64,000 nucleotides of DNA from Dehalococcoidia bacterium (GTDB lineage Bacteria > Chloroflexota > Dehalococcoidia > Bin125). The notes below the pieces were generated by a model. The model did no database searches. It saw only the letters and a program-made list of their open reading frames with translations, and was not told the origin of the DNA. The stretch's first letter is position 1, and each line of letters starts with the position of its first letter. Shown in pieces: positions 48,977-59,415 of this stretch. The position numbers and the translations under genes were made by a program. Location of the stretch: the NCBI GenBank assembly GCA_965215555.1, contig OZ244071.1:1038471-1102470 (forward strand), given 5' to 3'.

Positions 48977-49759
48977 CTATTGATTGAAGACCGGTTCGCG
49001 CTTCTCCAGGAAGGCTGTCACGGCCTCGGTGTGGGACGGCAGGCGGCGCGATTCCCGGTCTCGGGCGCCTTCACGCTCCATCACTCTCATGAGGTTGGGC
49101 TCGGTCACGTTGTCATTGAGCAGCGTCTTGATCTTGCGAACGACGGCCGTTGGGTTGTTGGCCAGTTCTTCGGCTTTGGCCATCGCGGTGTCGAAGAGCT
49201 CTTCCTTGGGCACGACCGCTGAAACCAGGCCGATGCGCGCCGCCTCGTCCGCCGGCACCATCCGGCCCGAGAGACAGATGTCGGTCGCGTGTCCGAGACC
49301 GACCAGTTGCGCCAGCAGACGGGTCGAACCTAGCTCCGGAACCAGGCCGACCTTGACAAAGCGAATCGACAGTTTCGTGTTCTCCGCCGCGTAGCGGACG
49401 TCGGCCGGCAGTGCGAGCGTCAGCCCGACGCCGACGGCGTAGCCGTGAATGGCCACGATGACCGGCTTTGACTCTCGGATGAACTGCGTCCAGTTGACTT
49501 CGCGCCCCGAGCCGGCGCTGGCTTCGGGATCGTCGGCCAGGCGTTGGTTGAAGCCCTGCAGATCGGCGCCGGCGCAGAAGGCCCGACCCTCGCCGGCGAG
49601 CACGATCGCGCCGATGCCGTCGTCATCGTTCCAGGCCTCGATCTGATCGGTCATCTCCTCGGCCATCTGACTGGTCCAGGCATTCAGCTTCTCGGGCCGG
49701 TTCAGCCGAATCACGCCGACGCGCCCGATCGTCTCGGTCAGAATCTGTTCGTGTGTCAT
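48977..49759 (-). CDS. Enoyl-CoA hydratase/isomerase (crotonase) family protein
   Basis: LNRPEKLNA...GEGRAFCAGADL oxyanion-hole motifs. Confidence 0.85.
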   Translation of the reverse strand: MTHEQILTETIGRVGVIRLNRPEKLNAWTSQMAEEMTDQIEAWNDDDGIGAIVLAGEGRAFCAGADLQGFNQRLADDPEASAGSGREVNWTQFIRESKPVIVAIHGYAVGVGLTLALPADVRYAAENTKLSIRFVKVGLVPELGSTRLLAQLVGLGHATDICLSGRMVPADEAARIGLVSAVVPKEELFDTAMAKAEELANNPTAVVRKIKTLLNDNVTEPNLMRVMEREGARDRESRRLPSHTEAVTAFLEKREPVFNQ

Positions 49760-49853
49760 TGAACTCCGCTCTCCACTGGTCTGAGTTGGAATAGGGCAAG
49801 TCTATAGGCGGCCTACCAACGTGTTCGAAGCAGCAAACGCCTACCCTGCCTGA

Positions 49854-51188
49854 GTGAGTGCATCGCCCAACCTCAACGGAGTTGACCAGCGATCGAAGTG
49901 GAGACGCAATCTGCGCCTCTATCCGATCTTCTACTTCTTCCACGACCTGCACTTCTGGATGCCGGTCTGGATCATCTTCGCGACCGACGAGGTCGGACTC
50001 ACGTTTGCCCAACTCGGAGCCATCGGTCCGGCGTTCTATGTGATCACGTCGTTCGGACAACCGCTGGCTGGAGCGCTGGCCGACCGATTCGGCCGCGTGC
50101 GGACCATCCGGGCATCGCTGATCATCTTCATGGTCTTCACGGCCTGGTTCGCCTTCTCCGACGGGTTCTGGATGGCTGCGGTGGCCTGGTCGCTGTGGGG
50201 ACTGGCGATGGTGGCGATCACCGGCACGGACAGCGCGTTTCTGCACGACTCACTACAGGCGTTGGGCCGAGAGCGAGACTTCGAACGTCAGGCGGGACGA
50301 GCGTTCGCGGTGCGATCGGTGGCACTGGTCCTGGCGACCCTCACCGGCGGAGTGATCGCTGGCGAGATCGGCGGTCGCGGAGCGCTATTGGCCGGGACGA
50401 CGGCCACAGGGATCGCCCTGATGATCTCGCTAATGTTCAGGGAGCCGCCCAGACACGACGACGACCTGGCATCGGGCGGTCCGTCGTACACACAGTTGCT
50501 CAAAGAGACGCTGCGACTGGCCGGAAGCACGCCGACGATCCGCTATTCACTTCTCTTCAGCGCGATCCTGGTCGCGTCGATGGTGCCCGAGTTCTACCTG
50601 CTGCAACCATTCCTCAAGGAACAGGGAGTGGAAGTCGGCTGGCTGTTCTCGGTGCTGCAAGCGCCGGCGCGTATTGCCACCGTCTTCGCCGCCGCCCTGG
50701 CGTTCTGGCTGGCAATGCGCTTCGGCATCGTGCGTACGCTGGCGACGCTGCCATTCTGGGTCGTGCTTGTTTATGTCGGGGTCGGGCTCATCAATCACCT
50801 CGGCGTGGTCGCGCTGTTCATCATCCTCGGACTGGCGCGGGGCGCACAGATGCCGCTGATGGAGGGCTACCTCAATCGGCGAATCCCGTCCCACCTGCGA
50901 GCCACCGCACTGTCGCTGAATCACATGGGTTGGGCGCTGATCATGCTGCCCTTCCTGCCCATCTTCGGGCGAGTCGTCAACGACAACCCACTGCCCAACG
51001 TCTTCCTGGGCCTGGCTGCGTTCTTCGGTCCGTTGCTGCTGATTGTGATGATTCTCTGGGTCCGCGCCGACCGCAACGAGAGAGGTCGGCTCCGGCTCCC
51101 GCCAGCGATTCCGCAACTGCTGCGCGAAGTCCTGTGGAAACCACAACGACGTTCCAAGCCGATTCCCCGCCCAGTTCACTCTGACTAA
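49854..51188 (+). CDS. MFS transporter
   Basis: 12 predicted TM segments and GALADRFGR motif A. Preferred over the R/G-rich alternative frame 49898-51184. Confidence 0.75.
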   Translation: MSASPNLNGVDQRSKWRRNLRLYPIFYFFHDLHFWMPVWIIFATDEVGLTFAQLGAIGPAFYVITSFGQPLAGALADRFGRVRTIRASLIIFMVFTAWFAFSDGFWMAAVAWSLWGLAMVAITGTDSAFLHDSLQALGRERDFERQAGRAFAVRSVALVLATLTGGVIAGEIGGRGALLAGTTATGIALMISLMFREPPRHDDDLASGGPSYTQLLKETLRLAGSTPTIRYSLLFSAILVASMVPEFYLLQPFLKEQGVEVGWLFSVLQAPARIATVFAAALAFWLAMRFGIVRTLATLPFWVVLVYVGVGLINHLGVVALFIILGLARGAQMPLMEGYLNRRIPSHLRATALSLNHMGWALIMLPFLPIFGRVVNDNPLPNVFLGLAAFFGPLLLIVMILWVRADRNERGRLRLPPAIPQLLREVLWKPQRRSKPIPRPVHSD

Positions 51189-51216
51189 ACAGCTAACCAG
51201 CGAAAGGACTGCGCTC

Positions 51217-51996
51217 ATGCCCGACCGACTTGCCGGCAAATCTGCCATCATCACTGGCGCCGGTTCTCGCGCGGAGGGGATTGGCAATGGCCGCGCCACG
51301 GCCATCCTCTTTGGGCGCGAGGGCGCCGACATCCTGCTTGTCGACCGCGATGAATCGGCTGTCCAGACGACGCTCGACATGATCCGCGCCGAGGGCAACG
51401 ACGCCGCCATTGCGGTTGCCGATGTCACCGCCACCGAGGACTGCGCCCGGATCGTCGCCGACGCCGTCAGCCGCTACGGCAAGCTCGACATTCTGCACAA
51501 CAATGTCGGCATCGGCGGGCGGGGCACCGTCGAGCAGATTTCCGAGGTCGAGTGGGACCACGTGCAGCGGGTCAACGTGACCTCGATGATGCTGACCTGC
51601 AAGCACGCCATTCCGGCCCTGCGCGAGAACGGCGGCGGTGCGATCACGAATGTGTCGTCGATTGCCGCGCTGCGACCTCGCGGCCTGACCGCCTACAGCG
51701 TCAGCAAGGCAGCCGTCGCGACGCTGACCCAGGCGCTGGCGGTCGATCACGGTCGCGACCACATCCGCGCCAACTGCATCATGCCCGGCCCGGTCTACAC
51801 GCCGATGGTCTATTCCACTGGGATGTCCGACGAGCTGCGCGAGCGTCGTAAGAACGCCAGTTTGCTCAAGCAGGAGGGCGAGCCCTGGGACATCGGCTGG
51901 GCCGCAGTCTTCCTCGCCAGCGACGAGGCCAAGTATGTCACGGGTGTGATCCTGCCGGTTGACGGCGGCGTCACGGTCCGCGGCCCTGATCGCTAG
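51217..51996 (+). CDS. SDR family oxidoreductase
   Basis: TGAGSRAEGIG NAD motif, NNVG, YSVSKAA catalytic motif. Confidence 0.85.
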   Translation: MPDRLAGKSAIITGAGSRAEGIGNGRATAILFGREGADILLVDRDESAVQTTLDMIRAEGNDAAIAVADVTATEDCARIVADAVSRYGKLDILHNNVGIGGRGTVEQISEVEWDHVQRVNVTSMMLTCKHAIPALRENGGGAITNVSSIAALRPRGLTAYSVSKAAVATLTQALAVDHGRDHIRANCIMPGPVYTPMVYSTGMSDELRERRKNASLLKQEGEPWDIGWAAVFLASDEAKYVTGVILPVDGGVTVRGPDR

Positions 51997-52027
51997 TGGC
52001 AATTCTGCCGTCGGTCCGGCGCAGGCC

Positions 52028-53677
52028 CTACTCTTCGTCCTCATTCGGCAGCTCGTAAACTGCTGCGGAGCCGGCGTCTTCTCCTCCAACGGTGTCGGCG
52101 AGCCATGCGCCCACGACTGCAGTTGATCCGTCTATCTCGGTGACCCAGCCAAACTCTGCTCGCTCGCCGGCTTCGACGGCGTCGACCGGACCGAGCACAC
52201 CGACCTCGACCCACTCGTCATCGATCAACTCAAAGGCATAGGCTGCGCCGCTTCGGTAGGTGCCAGACTCGGGATGTGCGCGATGCGGCGCGCCGACTAC
52301 CATCCGCTCGTCCTTGATGTCGACCGAATAGCCGAACCAGTCTCCTGGCTGCATATCTGACGCTTGAAGTTTGGCGTGTAGCTGCCAGAGCGTCTCGAGC
52401 TTCCAGACGTACGTCGCGCCGGCGCTCCACATCGGATCGTCGTGGTCGTAGGCGCCTGCAGCCAGCCAGGGCATGTGTAGCGCCACTTGCGACCCGAGTC
52501 GGTCATTGGCAATGCCGTCCCCGGCCACCAGTTTGCCGGCGAAATTCCATACGTCGTTGTAGAAGTGCCAGACGTAGACCGCCCCGGCATCTTCGGCGAT
52601 CGTGTCATCACCAGGTGCACCGACGACCAGAACGTTGTTGTGCAGATCGATGTCGCGACCGAACATCATGCGCTCGCTCGCCTCTGAGGGCTGGAGCACA
52701 GCCTCGGCCTGCCAGAGACCCTTGTACAGCTTGAATGTTGTGACTGAACCGGTCTGTAGGCCGGAGAGCGGGTCTTCCCAGGCCGAGACGGCGATCCTGT
52801 CGCCGGAGATCGCCACGCTCCAACCAAACGATGCACCGGCAGTTGGAACTCGCGGCAACAGGGTGCCGGTGCGCTGCCAGACACCACTGACCTTCTCATA
52901 GACGTATGCCACGCCGGAGTCGTCGATCCGGCTGCCGTCGTCACCGCGTCCGTCTTCGTAGGGTGCACCAATCACGATGCGTCCACTGTCGATGGCGAGC
53001 CAGCGTCCAAACCAACCCAACGGATCGGGGAAGGGCGGCAGGATGTACGCGGTTTCTACCCATTCGCCGTCGACTCGCTCGAAGATGAAGACGGCACCTG
53101 TGTCTTGACCCTCAACGTCGTGATAGGGCGCTGAAACGGCGATCACGTCGCCCTCGACCACTGCCGACCAGCCGTACTCGTCGCGTACGGCGGGCACGCT
53201 TGGAGTCAGGGGAGTCCCGTCGGCGAGCCACTTGCGAATCGGGGCGACGGGAGACTCTGCCTGCTGGTCTGCGGCCTGATCCTCGGCCGAGCCGTACGGA
53301 TCGGACGAATCGTATCCCTGATCCTGCTGTGGAAGCTCCTGGTCGTCTCGACTCATGGCCTGGGCCGCAGAACCATCAGCGTCCTGAGACTGTTGCGCAG
53401 CTTGAGCATCGGGCTGCGGTTCTTCCGCTTCGACCTCCGCAGCCGTCTCCGCCTGCGTTGCCGATTCCTGCTCTACTTGAGCCTGCTGGTCGCTGGCATC
53501 TTCCGCCTGCGCCGAATCGGCATCCGATTGCTCGATTGAGTCACTACAAGCGGCAAGTCCACCAATTGCCAGGAGCGCCAGCAACGCGACGAACGTCGTG
53601 AACCACCCGGTCGTCAACGCCCCGCGCGGGGACAGCATCGGACGAAGCAGCATATGAACAGGCCTGCCAATCAACAA
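52028..53677 (-). CDS. Lipoprotein with acidic low-complexity linker and FG-GAP / integrin-alpha-like beta-propeller repeats
   Basis: Lipobox LAAC; Q/D/E-rich linker; repeated G.S(V/L)AISGD...GA.YV(F/W) units. The start is probably an internal M (about 53638-53653). Confidence 0.6.
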   Translation of the reverse strand: MLIGRPVHMLLRPMLSPRGALTTGWFTTFVALLALLAIGGLAACSDSIEQSDADSAQAEDASDQQAQVEQESATQAETAAEVEAEEPQPDAQAAQQSQDADGSAAQAMSRDDQELPQQDQGYDSSDPYGSAEDQAADQQAESPVAPIRKWLADGTPLTPSVPAVRDEYGWSAVVEGDVIAVSAPYHDVEGQDTGAVFIFERVDGEWVETAYILPPFPDPLGWFGRWLAIDSGRIVIGAPYEDGRGDDGSRIDDSGVAYVYEKVSGVWQRTGTLLPRVPTAGASFGWSVAISGDRIAVSAWEDPLSGLQTGSVTTFKLYKGLWQAEAVLQPSEASERMMFGRDIDLHNNVLVVGAPGDDTIAEDAGAVYVWHFYNDVWNFAGKLVAGDGIANDRLGSQVALHMPWLAAGAYDHDDPMWSAGATYVWKLETLWQLHAKLQASDMQPGDWFGYSVDIKDERMVVGAPHRAHPESGTYRSGAAYAFELIDDEWVEVGVLGPVDAVEAGERAEFGWVTEIDGSTAVVGAWLADTVGGEDAGSAAVYELPNEDEE

Positions 53678-53762
53678 TGTCCATGCCCGGCCGCGTCAAT
53701 GCCCAAACAACGCGACGCACCTCGCACTGCAAGTCAGCTTATCGATGATTGGCGATTCAGGG

Positions 53763-54560
53763 TTAACGACGATAGTTCGGCTGTCGCTTCTCGCGGAACG
53801 CCGCTTGCGCCTCTGACGCATCCGGACCGGCCATCGTCATCTCTTCCATCGAGAGCGACAGTGGCAGGACCATGTTCGAGACGTGCTTGATCCACTTGTT
53901 GATCGGCACTTTCGAGGCCGAAATCGCGCCCAGCGGACCATTCGCCAGCCGCTCGGCCAGCGCCAGCGCTGTTGACATCAACTCGTCATCCTCAACCACA
54001 TCCTGGACCAGTCCCATTGCCTTGGCTTGCTCTGCTCGGACATGCTCGCCGGTCATCAGGAAGTACTTGGCGCGGGAGGGTCCGACCAGCATGGGCCAGA
54101 TCACACCGCCGCCGTCGCCAGCGCCGATACCCATGTTGACGTGCGTGTCGCCAAGTACACCGGAGCGGCCGATGTAGACGACATCGGCCATCAAGGCGAC
54201 GGTCGCGCCCAATCCCAGGGCATAGCCGTTGACCGCACAGATCACAGGCTTCTCGCAATCAAGCCAGTTGTCGACGATCAGCCGAGCCTCGTTCATCCGA
54301 TTCAGATAGTGCCCGCCCATCGGCTCGTCCCGGTTGGCCGAGAAGTCGCCGCCGGCGCAAAATGCCCGACCGGCGCCGGTCAGCACCAGGACCCGCACTT
54401 CGGGATCGCGATTGGCGTCAACAGGCAGGGTGGACAACTCACGATGCATCGCCGAGTTGACAGCATTGAGCTTTTCAGGACGATCAAGCGTCGCCACCGT
54501 CACGCCGTCAGAGCGCTTGTCGATGTCGATGGTGGTGTAGGCGTCTGGGTTCAGGGACAT
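53763..54560 (-). CDS. Enoyl-CoA hydratase/isomerase family protein
   Basis: Start MSLNPDAYTTIDI (54560); LDRPEKLNA...GAGRAFCAGGD. Confidence 0.8.
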   Translation of the reverse strand: MSLNPDAYTTIDIDKRSDGVTVATLDRPEKLNAVNSAMHRELSTLPVDANRDPEVRVLVLTGAGRAFCAGGDFSANRDEPMGGHYLNRMNEARLIVDNWLDCEKPVICAVNGYALGLGATVALMADVVYIGRSGVLGDTHVNMGIGAGDGGGVIWPMLVGPSRAKYFLMTGEHVRAEQAKAMGLVQDVVEDDELMSTALALAERLANGPLGAISASKVPINKWIKHVSNMVLPLSLSMEEMTMAGPDASEAQAAFREKRQPNYRR

Positions 54561-54591
54561 GTTGGCTCCATCGCTGTTCGGGAGTGGCTGT

Positions 54592-55311
54592 TCAGCAGTC
54601 AAGCTGTGCGGCGAGGTCGTGGAAGTCGGTTGCGACGATGTCGAAGGATGGGTCGGGAGTGAGATCGACGGGGAAGTTTGGCCCTGCCTCATCTGGCCTT
54701 GGCACAAATGCCGTTCTCATGCCGGTTTGGGCGGCAGCGAGGAGATCTCCCTGGTGCGCGGCGACCATCATCACCTCATGCGACTCACATCCGAGCAACT
54801 CGGCTGCTCGCTGGTAACACTGTGGCTCCGGCTTGAATGCGCCAGTGACTTCTGCCGACAGGACACAGTCCCAGGGCAGTCCACCGAACTTGGCCATATT
54901 GACCAGCAACTCGATATTGCCATTGGACAGGGTCGAAACCACGAATCGCGAACGCAGACGTTGCAGTCCACCTGGAGAGTCAACCCACGGATGCAGGCGA
55001 TGCCAGGCGCGATTGAGTGCAATGACTTCGGACTCCTCCGCATCAATGCCGAGCTCCGACAGCAGCATCCGTAGCATCCGCAGATGCAACCCATCAGCCG
55101 TCTGGAACGGCAACTCGCCGTCGCGGACGAGCCGCATTCCGCCCGCGTAGCCCTCGCGACGCCAACGATCGGTGAACATGCCGGCATCGGCCTCGACGCC
55201 GTGCCGGTTCAGAAACGACGCCACCTCAGCCGAAACGGACGAGCGCCAGTCGACCACGGTGCCGAAGACATCGAACGTGAGCGCCCGTACCTGACTGAGA
55301 TCAGCGGCCAT
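54592..55311 (-). CDS. Haloacid dehalogenase type II / HAD-family hydrolase
   Basis: LTFDVFGTVVDW motif I, STLSNGN, AAHQGDL. Confidence 0.7.
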   Translation of the reverse strand: MAADLSQVRALTFDVFGTVVDWRSSVSAEVASFLNRHGVEADAGMFTDRWRREGYAGGMRLVRDGELPFQTADGLHLRMLRMLLSELGIDAEESEVIALNRAWHRLHPWVDSPGGLQRLRSRFVVSTLSNGNIELLVNMAKFGGLPWDCVLSAEVTGAFKPEPQCYQRAAELLGCESHEVMMVAAHQGDLLAAAQTGMRTAFVPRPDEAGPNFPVDLTPDPSFDIVATDFHDLAAQLDC

Positions 55312-55320
55312 GGTGCGTGC

Positions 55321-56172
55321 CTACAGAATCTGGCTGAGGAACAGCTTGGTCCGCTCCTCGCGAGGGTTCGTGAAGAAATGCTCGGGCGTGCCCTGCTCAA
55401 CGAGCGCCCCTTCGTCGAAGAAGACCAGTCGGTCGGCGACCTCGCGGGCGAAGCCCATCTCGTGCGTGACCACGATCATCGTCATGCCCGACTCGGCCAG
55501 TTCCTGCATCACGTCGAGGACTTCCTTGATCATCTCAGGGTCGAGCGCTGAAGTCGGCTCGTCGAACAGCATGATCTTGGGCTGCATGGCCAAGGCGCGC
55601 GCGATCGCCACGCGCTGTTGCTGACCGCCGGAAAGCTGAGAGGGGAATTTGTCGGCCTGCTCGGGGATGCCGACACGCTCAAGCAGTTGCATTGCCAGCA
55701 TCTCGGCCTCGAGCTTGGGCATGTGTCGCACCTTTTGCGGCCCCAGCGTGATGTTGCTGAGCACGGAAATGTGCGGGAACAGATTGAACTGCTGGAACAC
55801 CATCCCGACTTCCGAGCGAATCGCCGCCATCGCGCGGACGTCCTCGTTCAGCTCGATCCCATCGATCACGATTCGTCCGGCGTCATGCTCCTCAAGGCGA
55901 TTGAGGCAGCGAATGTAGGTAGACTTGCCCGAACCTGAGGGCCCCAGGATGACGACGATCTCATGCTCCTTAATCCGGAGCGACACGTCGTCGAGCGCCT
56001 GGAAGTCGCCGAACCACTTGTCCACGTGCTCGGTGATGATGATGTCGCTGGACCCGGCGAGACGAGGCGAGAACACCTCGGCGTCCGGATCGGGTGCGAC
56101 GGCAGCTGCCGATGCAGTCTTCGGCCCGGCCGACTCGGCGATGATGCTTGCTGGCGAAATCTCGTCTGCCAT
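55321..56172 (-). CDS. Polar amino-acid ABC transporter ATP-binding protein (AapP/GlnQ-like)
   Basis: GPSGSGKST Walker [18 protein letters not shown] signature, [11 protein letters not shown] Walker B. Start at 56172 with AGGTGA RBS. Confidence 0.85.
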   Translation of the reverse strand: MADEISPASIIAESAGPKTASAAAVAPDPDAEVFSPRLAGSSDIIITEHVDKWFGDFQALDDVSLRIKEHEIVVILGPSGSGKSTYIRCLNRLEEHDAGRIVIDGIELNEDVRAMAAIRSEVGMVFQQFNLFPHISVLSNITLGPQKVRHMPKLEAEMLAMQLLERVGIPEQADKFPSQLSGGQQQRVAIARALAMQPKIMLFDEPTSALDPEMIKEVLDVMQELAESGMTMIVVTHEMGFAREVADRLVFFDEGALVEQGTPEHFFTNPREERTKLFLSQIL

Positions 56173-56300
56173 GACGCTCACCTCATCCTTGTAACGCTTG
56201 TTGCGATGGTAGCGCTACGCACTGCGGCACGCGAGATGTAAGCGATGTGCACGATGTGAACGATGCGAAAGGCCCCGCTCGCTGGTACCGTTACCAATCC

Positions 56301-56504
56301 ATGCCGAAAGTTCGCAAAGCCACCGAGATCGTTGAGGCGGACGGCTGGTACTTCGCTGGGCAACGGGGAAGTCACCGATACTTCAAGCACCCAACGAAAC
56401 CAGGCAAGGTGACCATTGCCGGACGACCTTCGAGAGATGTTCCGCTCAAGATCTGGCGGAGTATTCTCAATCAAGCGGGGCTCGATTGGAGAGACTGGCA
56501 ATGA
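56301..56504 (+). CDS. hicA: HicA toxin
   Basis: MPKVRKATEIVEADGWYFAGQRGSHRYFKHPTKPGKVTIAGRPSRDVPLKIWRSILNQAGL. Confidence 0.75.
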   Translation: MPKVRKATEIVEADGWYFAGQRGSHRYFKHPTKPGKVTIAGRPSRDVPLKIWRSILNQAGLDWRDWQ

Positions 56505-56806
56505 AGACCATGAACTACGTCGTCGTGTTTGAGAAGGCACCCAACAATTGGGGAGCGTTCGTCCCGGATTTGCCAGGATGCGTCGCAGTTGCGGACACCT
56601 TCGAGGAAACGAAGCAGCTGATCACGGAAGCGATTGAGTTCCACATCGAGGCGCATGTCGTAGATGACGAGGCTCTTCCTGAGCCAACCTGCGTTGATGC
56701 GGCGGTCGTTGAGGTCACTATTCCCGAAGCAACGCGGTTCTACGAGGAGAAATACCCCCTGTTGGAGCCTGAGGAGCACACCGACGCCGCCGAGGTTGCC
56801 GACTGA
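56501..56806 (+). CDS. hicB: HicB antitoxin (UPF0150 N-terminal domain)
   Basis: MKTMNYVVVFEKAPNNWGAFVPDLPGCVAVADTFEETKQLITEAIEFHIE...; ATGA overlap with hicA. Confidence 0.75.
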   Translation: MKTMNYVVVFEKAPNNWGAFVPDLPGCVAVADTFEETKQLITEAIEFHIEAHVVDDEALPEPTCVDAAVVEVTIPEATRFYEEKYPLLEPEEHTDAAEVAD

Positions 56807-56811
56807 GCGGC

Positions 56812-58083
56812 CTACCGCTCGCCGATGCCTTGTGCTCGCTCCACTCGCTGCGAGACACGCGACATCATGAACGCGACCACCCAGAACACGACGGCGACGA
56901 ATACGTAGGCCTCGATCCGGTCGGGAATGAACTCTGACTGGGCGATCGCTGAGTCGGCGTTGCCCTTCAGTTCGCGCAGCGTCAGGATGACCGTGACCAG
57001 CGTCGTGTCCTTCCAGATCGCGATGGCCTGACCGACGATCGGTGGGATTGAGATTCTCAGTGCCTGCGGCAGGATGATTAGTTGCATCGACTGCAACTTG
57101 TTCAGCCCCACAGCCTGCGCTGCCTCGTATTGGCCTCGCGGCAAGGCCTGGAGACCGCCGCGGATGTACTCGGCCATGTAGGCGCCTGTGAATACGGCCA
57201 GGACGACCATCGTGCGGATAATCAGGTCGCCGCCCATGATGTCGTCGAGAATGAATAGCGCGACGAACAGCCAACCCAGCAATGGCGCTCCACGTACGAC
57301 TTCGATGTAGGCCGTACAAGTCCACTTGATTGTTTTCATGTTGGACGCGCGGCCAAGTGCCAGCGGAATTGCGACCACAAGTCCACCGACGATGCCCACC
57401 GGTGCCAGAATCAGGTTCAGTACAAATCCGTCGAACTGGCGTGTGTTGGCTCCGCCCGCGGCCATGAGGATTACCAGTACCAGCGGCAGCGAGATCGCTA
57501 ACAGTCCTCCGACGACCCGTTGATGCAGGGTCCGCCGTGGCGATGTATCGCGCGGCATCCATACGGTCAGGTAGTAGCCCAGGTAGAGACACCCGATTGC
57601 GGCAAGGAACCAGATCGATGACCAGATCGTTGCACCGCCGTGGGCCATCAAGAAGATGACGAACGCGCCGGTCAGGACGATGAAGAGCGAGTCCCGACGT
57701 CCGAGACTTGACCAGGTGCCGTAGGCGAGACCGATCAGGAACATGACCACAGCGATGCTGGTCCACAGCCGCCACGCCTCCTCGCGCGGGAAGGATCCAG
57801 CGAAGAGCAGCCAGCGATTGGCTGTGATCACGTTCCAGTTCGCGTCGAAGAACACGAACCAGACGACGCCGATGAACAGGACGCCCAGGAACCCAGCGGA
57901 CACGAGTGTCAGAATCGTGCCAGTCAGTGATGGGAAGAGGTTGCGGTTGACCCACTCGCGAGCGCGGACCGACCACGGGCGTCTCGCGCGTTGACGATGC
58001 GGCGGCAAGATGATCTTGCGGGGACCGCCTGCTGGCGGCAACGGAATCTGATCGGGGCGGGGGATTGGAGAAAGCTCTGACAT
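56812..58083 (-). CDS. Amino-acid ABC transporter permease (AapM-like)
   Basis: EAAQAVGLNKLQSMQLIILPQA (EAA loop) and multiple TM segments. Preferred over the overlapping alternative frame 56471-57976. Confidence 0.8.
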   Translation of the reverse strand: MSELSPIPRPDQIPLPPAGGPRKIILPPHRQRARRPWSVRAREWVNRNLFPSLTGTILTLVSAGFLGVLFIGVVWFVFFDANWNVITANRWLLFAGSFPREEAWRLWTSIAVVMFLIGLAYGTWSSLGRRDSLFIVLTGAFVIFLMAHGGATIWSSIWFLAAIGCLYLGYYLTVWMPRDTSPRRTLHQRVVGGLLAISLPLVLVILMAAGGANTRQFDGFVLNLILAPVGIVGGLVVAIPLALGRASNMKTIKWTCTAYIEVVRGAPLLGWLFVALFILDDIMGGDLIIRTMVVLAVFTGAYMAEYIRGGLQALPRGQYEAAQAVGLNKLQSMQLIILPQALRISIPPIVGQAIAIWKDTTLVTVILTLRELKGNADSAIAQSEFIPDRIEAYVFVAVVFWVVAFMMSRVSQRVERAQGIGER

Positions 58084-58092
58084 CAGCGCCCC

Positions 58093-59304
58093 CTACAACC
58101 GATTCGCAGTGACACGTGCATTGAACACGTTCATCACGGCGGAGATGGCAAACGAGATGATCATGTAGGTCACAATGATCACAAAGAACATTTCCAGCGC
58201 GTGGCCGGCCTTGTTCTGGATCACGGTGGCGACACGGAACAGGTCGTCGTAGAGGACGGCATACGCCAACGAAGAGTTCTTGTTAACGTTCAAGTACTGA
58301 TTGGTGACAGACGGGATCATCTGTCGCAAGGCCTGCGGCAGGATGATCAGTGTGAGGCGCTGATATCCCGACAGGCCGATGGCGTTGGCCGCCTCGGTTT
58401 GTCCACGCGGCAACGCCTGGATGCTGCCACGTACGATTTCGGCGATGAACGCTCCGGTGTAGGCAGTCAGTCCGAGCACCAACGCCGCGAACTCAGGCTT
58501 GATCACCATGCCTTCGGCGTACTGTGTGCCTTCGAGAATCGGACGATCGATCGAGACCACCACGCCGAGTAGCAGGAATGAAATCAGCGCGGCGCCGGCG
58601 AAGATCGAGAATGCCCAGCGATTCGGATAGTGCGGCAGTCCCGTTTCGCGCTCGAATTCCTGACGTGATGCGCGCACCCTCATCGCGACGAGCGCGGCCG
58701 CAATCAATACCAGGACCCAGACGCCGACGAACCAGTCAGGCACACCCCACAGACCGCCCGAGGGCACCGGCCAGGGAATCGCAATGCCGCGATTGGAGAG
58801 GAAGAAGAAGTCGCCAACGTTGACGACGTCCTGGATCACCGGGGCGCCTACGAGTAGGACCGCGTACCAGAGCACGACCTGGACGAGCAGTGGTGTATTG
58901 CGGAAGATCTCAACGAACAAGGTCGCCATCTTCGAGAGCAGGAAATTCGAAGACAGCCTCGCCACACCAATGAAGACGCCAAGCAGCGTAGACAGGAATA
59001 TGGCCACGAGGACCGCGCGCAGCGAGGCCCACACGCCGACGAGGTAAATCTCCAGTCGCGAGCTCGTCACACCGTCGACTTCAGTGAGCCACTGAGAGCC
59101 GACGGCGAACCCGGCCGGCTCGTTCAGGAAGCCAAAGCCAAAGTCACGCAAGTCGAGCGAGGTGTACACGTACCAGACGACGATGGCCGTCGCTGCAACG
59201 TAAATGGCCTGCTGCAGGACATTGCGGAACCTGCGCCGATAGAACAGCGGCACGTCACCGGAAGGCTGGACTTGTGCTGACATGCGAACCTGTTCGATGC
59301 TCAA
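58093..59304 (-). CDS. Amino-acid ABC transporter permease (AapQ-like)
   Basis: TEAANAIGLSGYQRLTLIILPQA EAA loop; 403 aa. Confidence 0.8.
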   Translation of the reverse strand: MSIEQVRMSAQVQPSGDVPLFYRRRFRNVLQQAIYVAATAIVVWYVYTSLDLRDFGFGFLNEPAGFAVGSQWLTEVDGVTSSRLEIYLVGVWASLRAVLVAIFLSTLLGVFIGVARLSSNFLLSKMATLFVEIFRNTPLLVQVVLWYAVLLVGAPVIQDVVNVGDFFFLSNRGIAIPWPVPSGGLWGVPDWFVGVWVLVLIAAALVAMRVRASRQEFERETGLPHYPNRWAFSIFAGAALISFLLLGVVVSIDRPILEGTQYAEGMVIKPEFAALVLGLTAYTGAFIAEIVRGSIQALPRGQTEAANAIGLSGYQRLTLIILPQALRQMIPSVTNQYLNVNKNSSLAYAVLYDDLFRVATVIQNKAGHALEMFFVIIVTYMIISFAISAVMNVFNARVTANRL

Positions 59305-59415
59305 CTCAAGGCGTGTCGGTTGCGCAACAGGCTAACGGAGATTGACTGGATGAGTTGGATAGCAAAAGGGGCCGCCCCTGCGGGCGGCCCCTGCATGATG
59401 CCGGCGGTTGACGGT

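Noticed and set aside
49898-51184. 428-aa alternative-frame plus-strand ORF
   Set aside because: Same locus as the MFS transporter but in another frame; translation is R/G/P-rich with no hydrophobic segments, whereas the 49854-51188 frame gives 12 TM helices.
56471-57976. 501-aa minus-strand ORF
   Set aside because: Out-of-frame overlap with the AapM-like permease; R/G-rich; the permease frame carries the EAA-loop motif.
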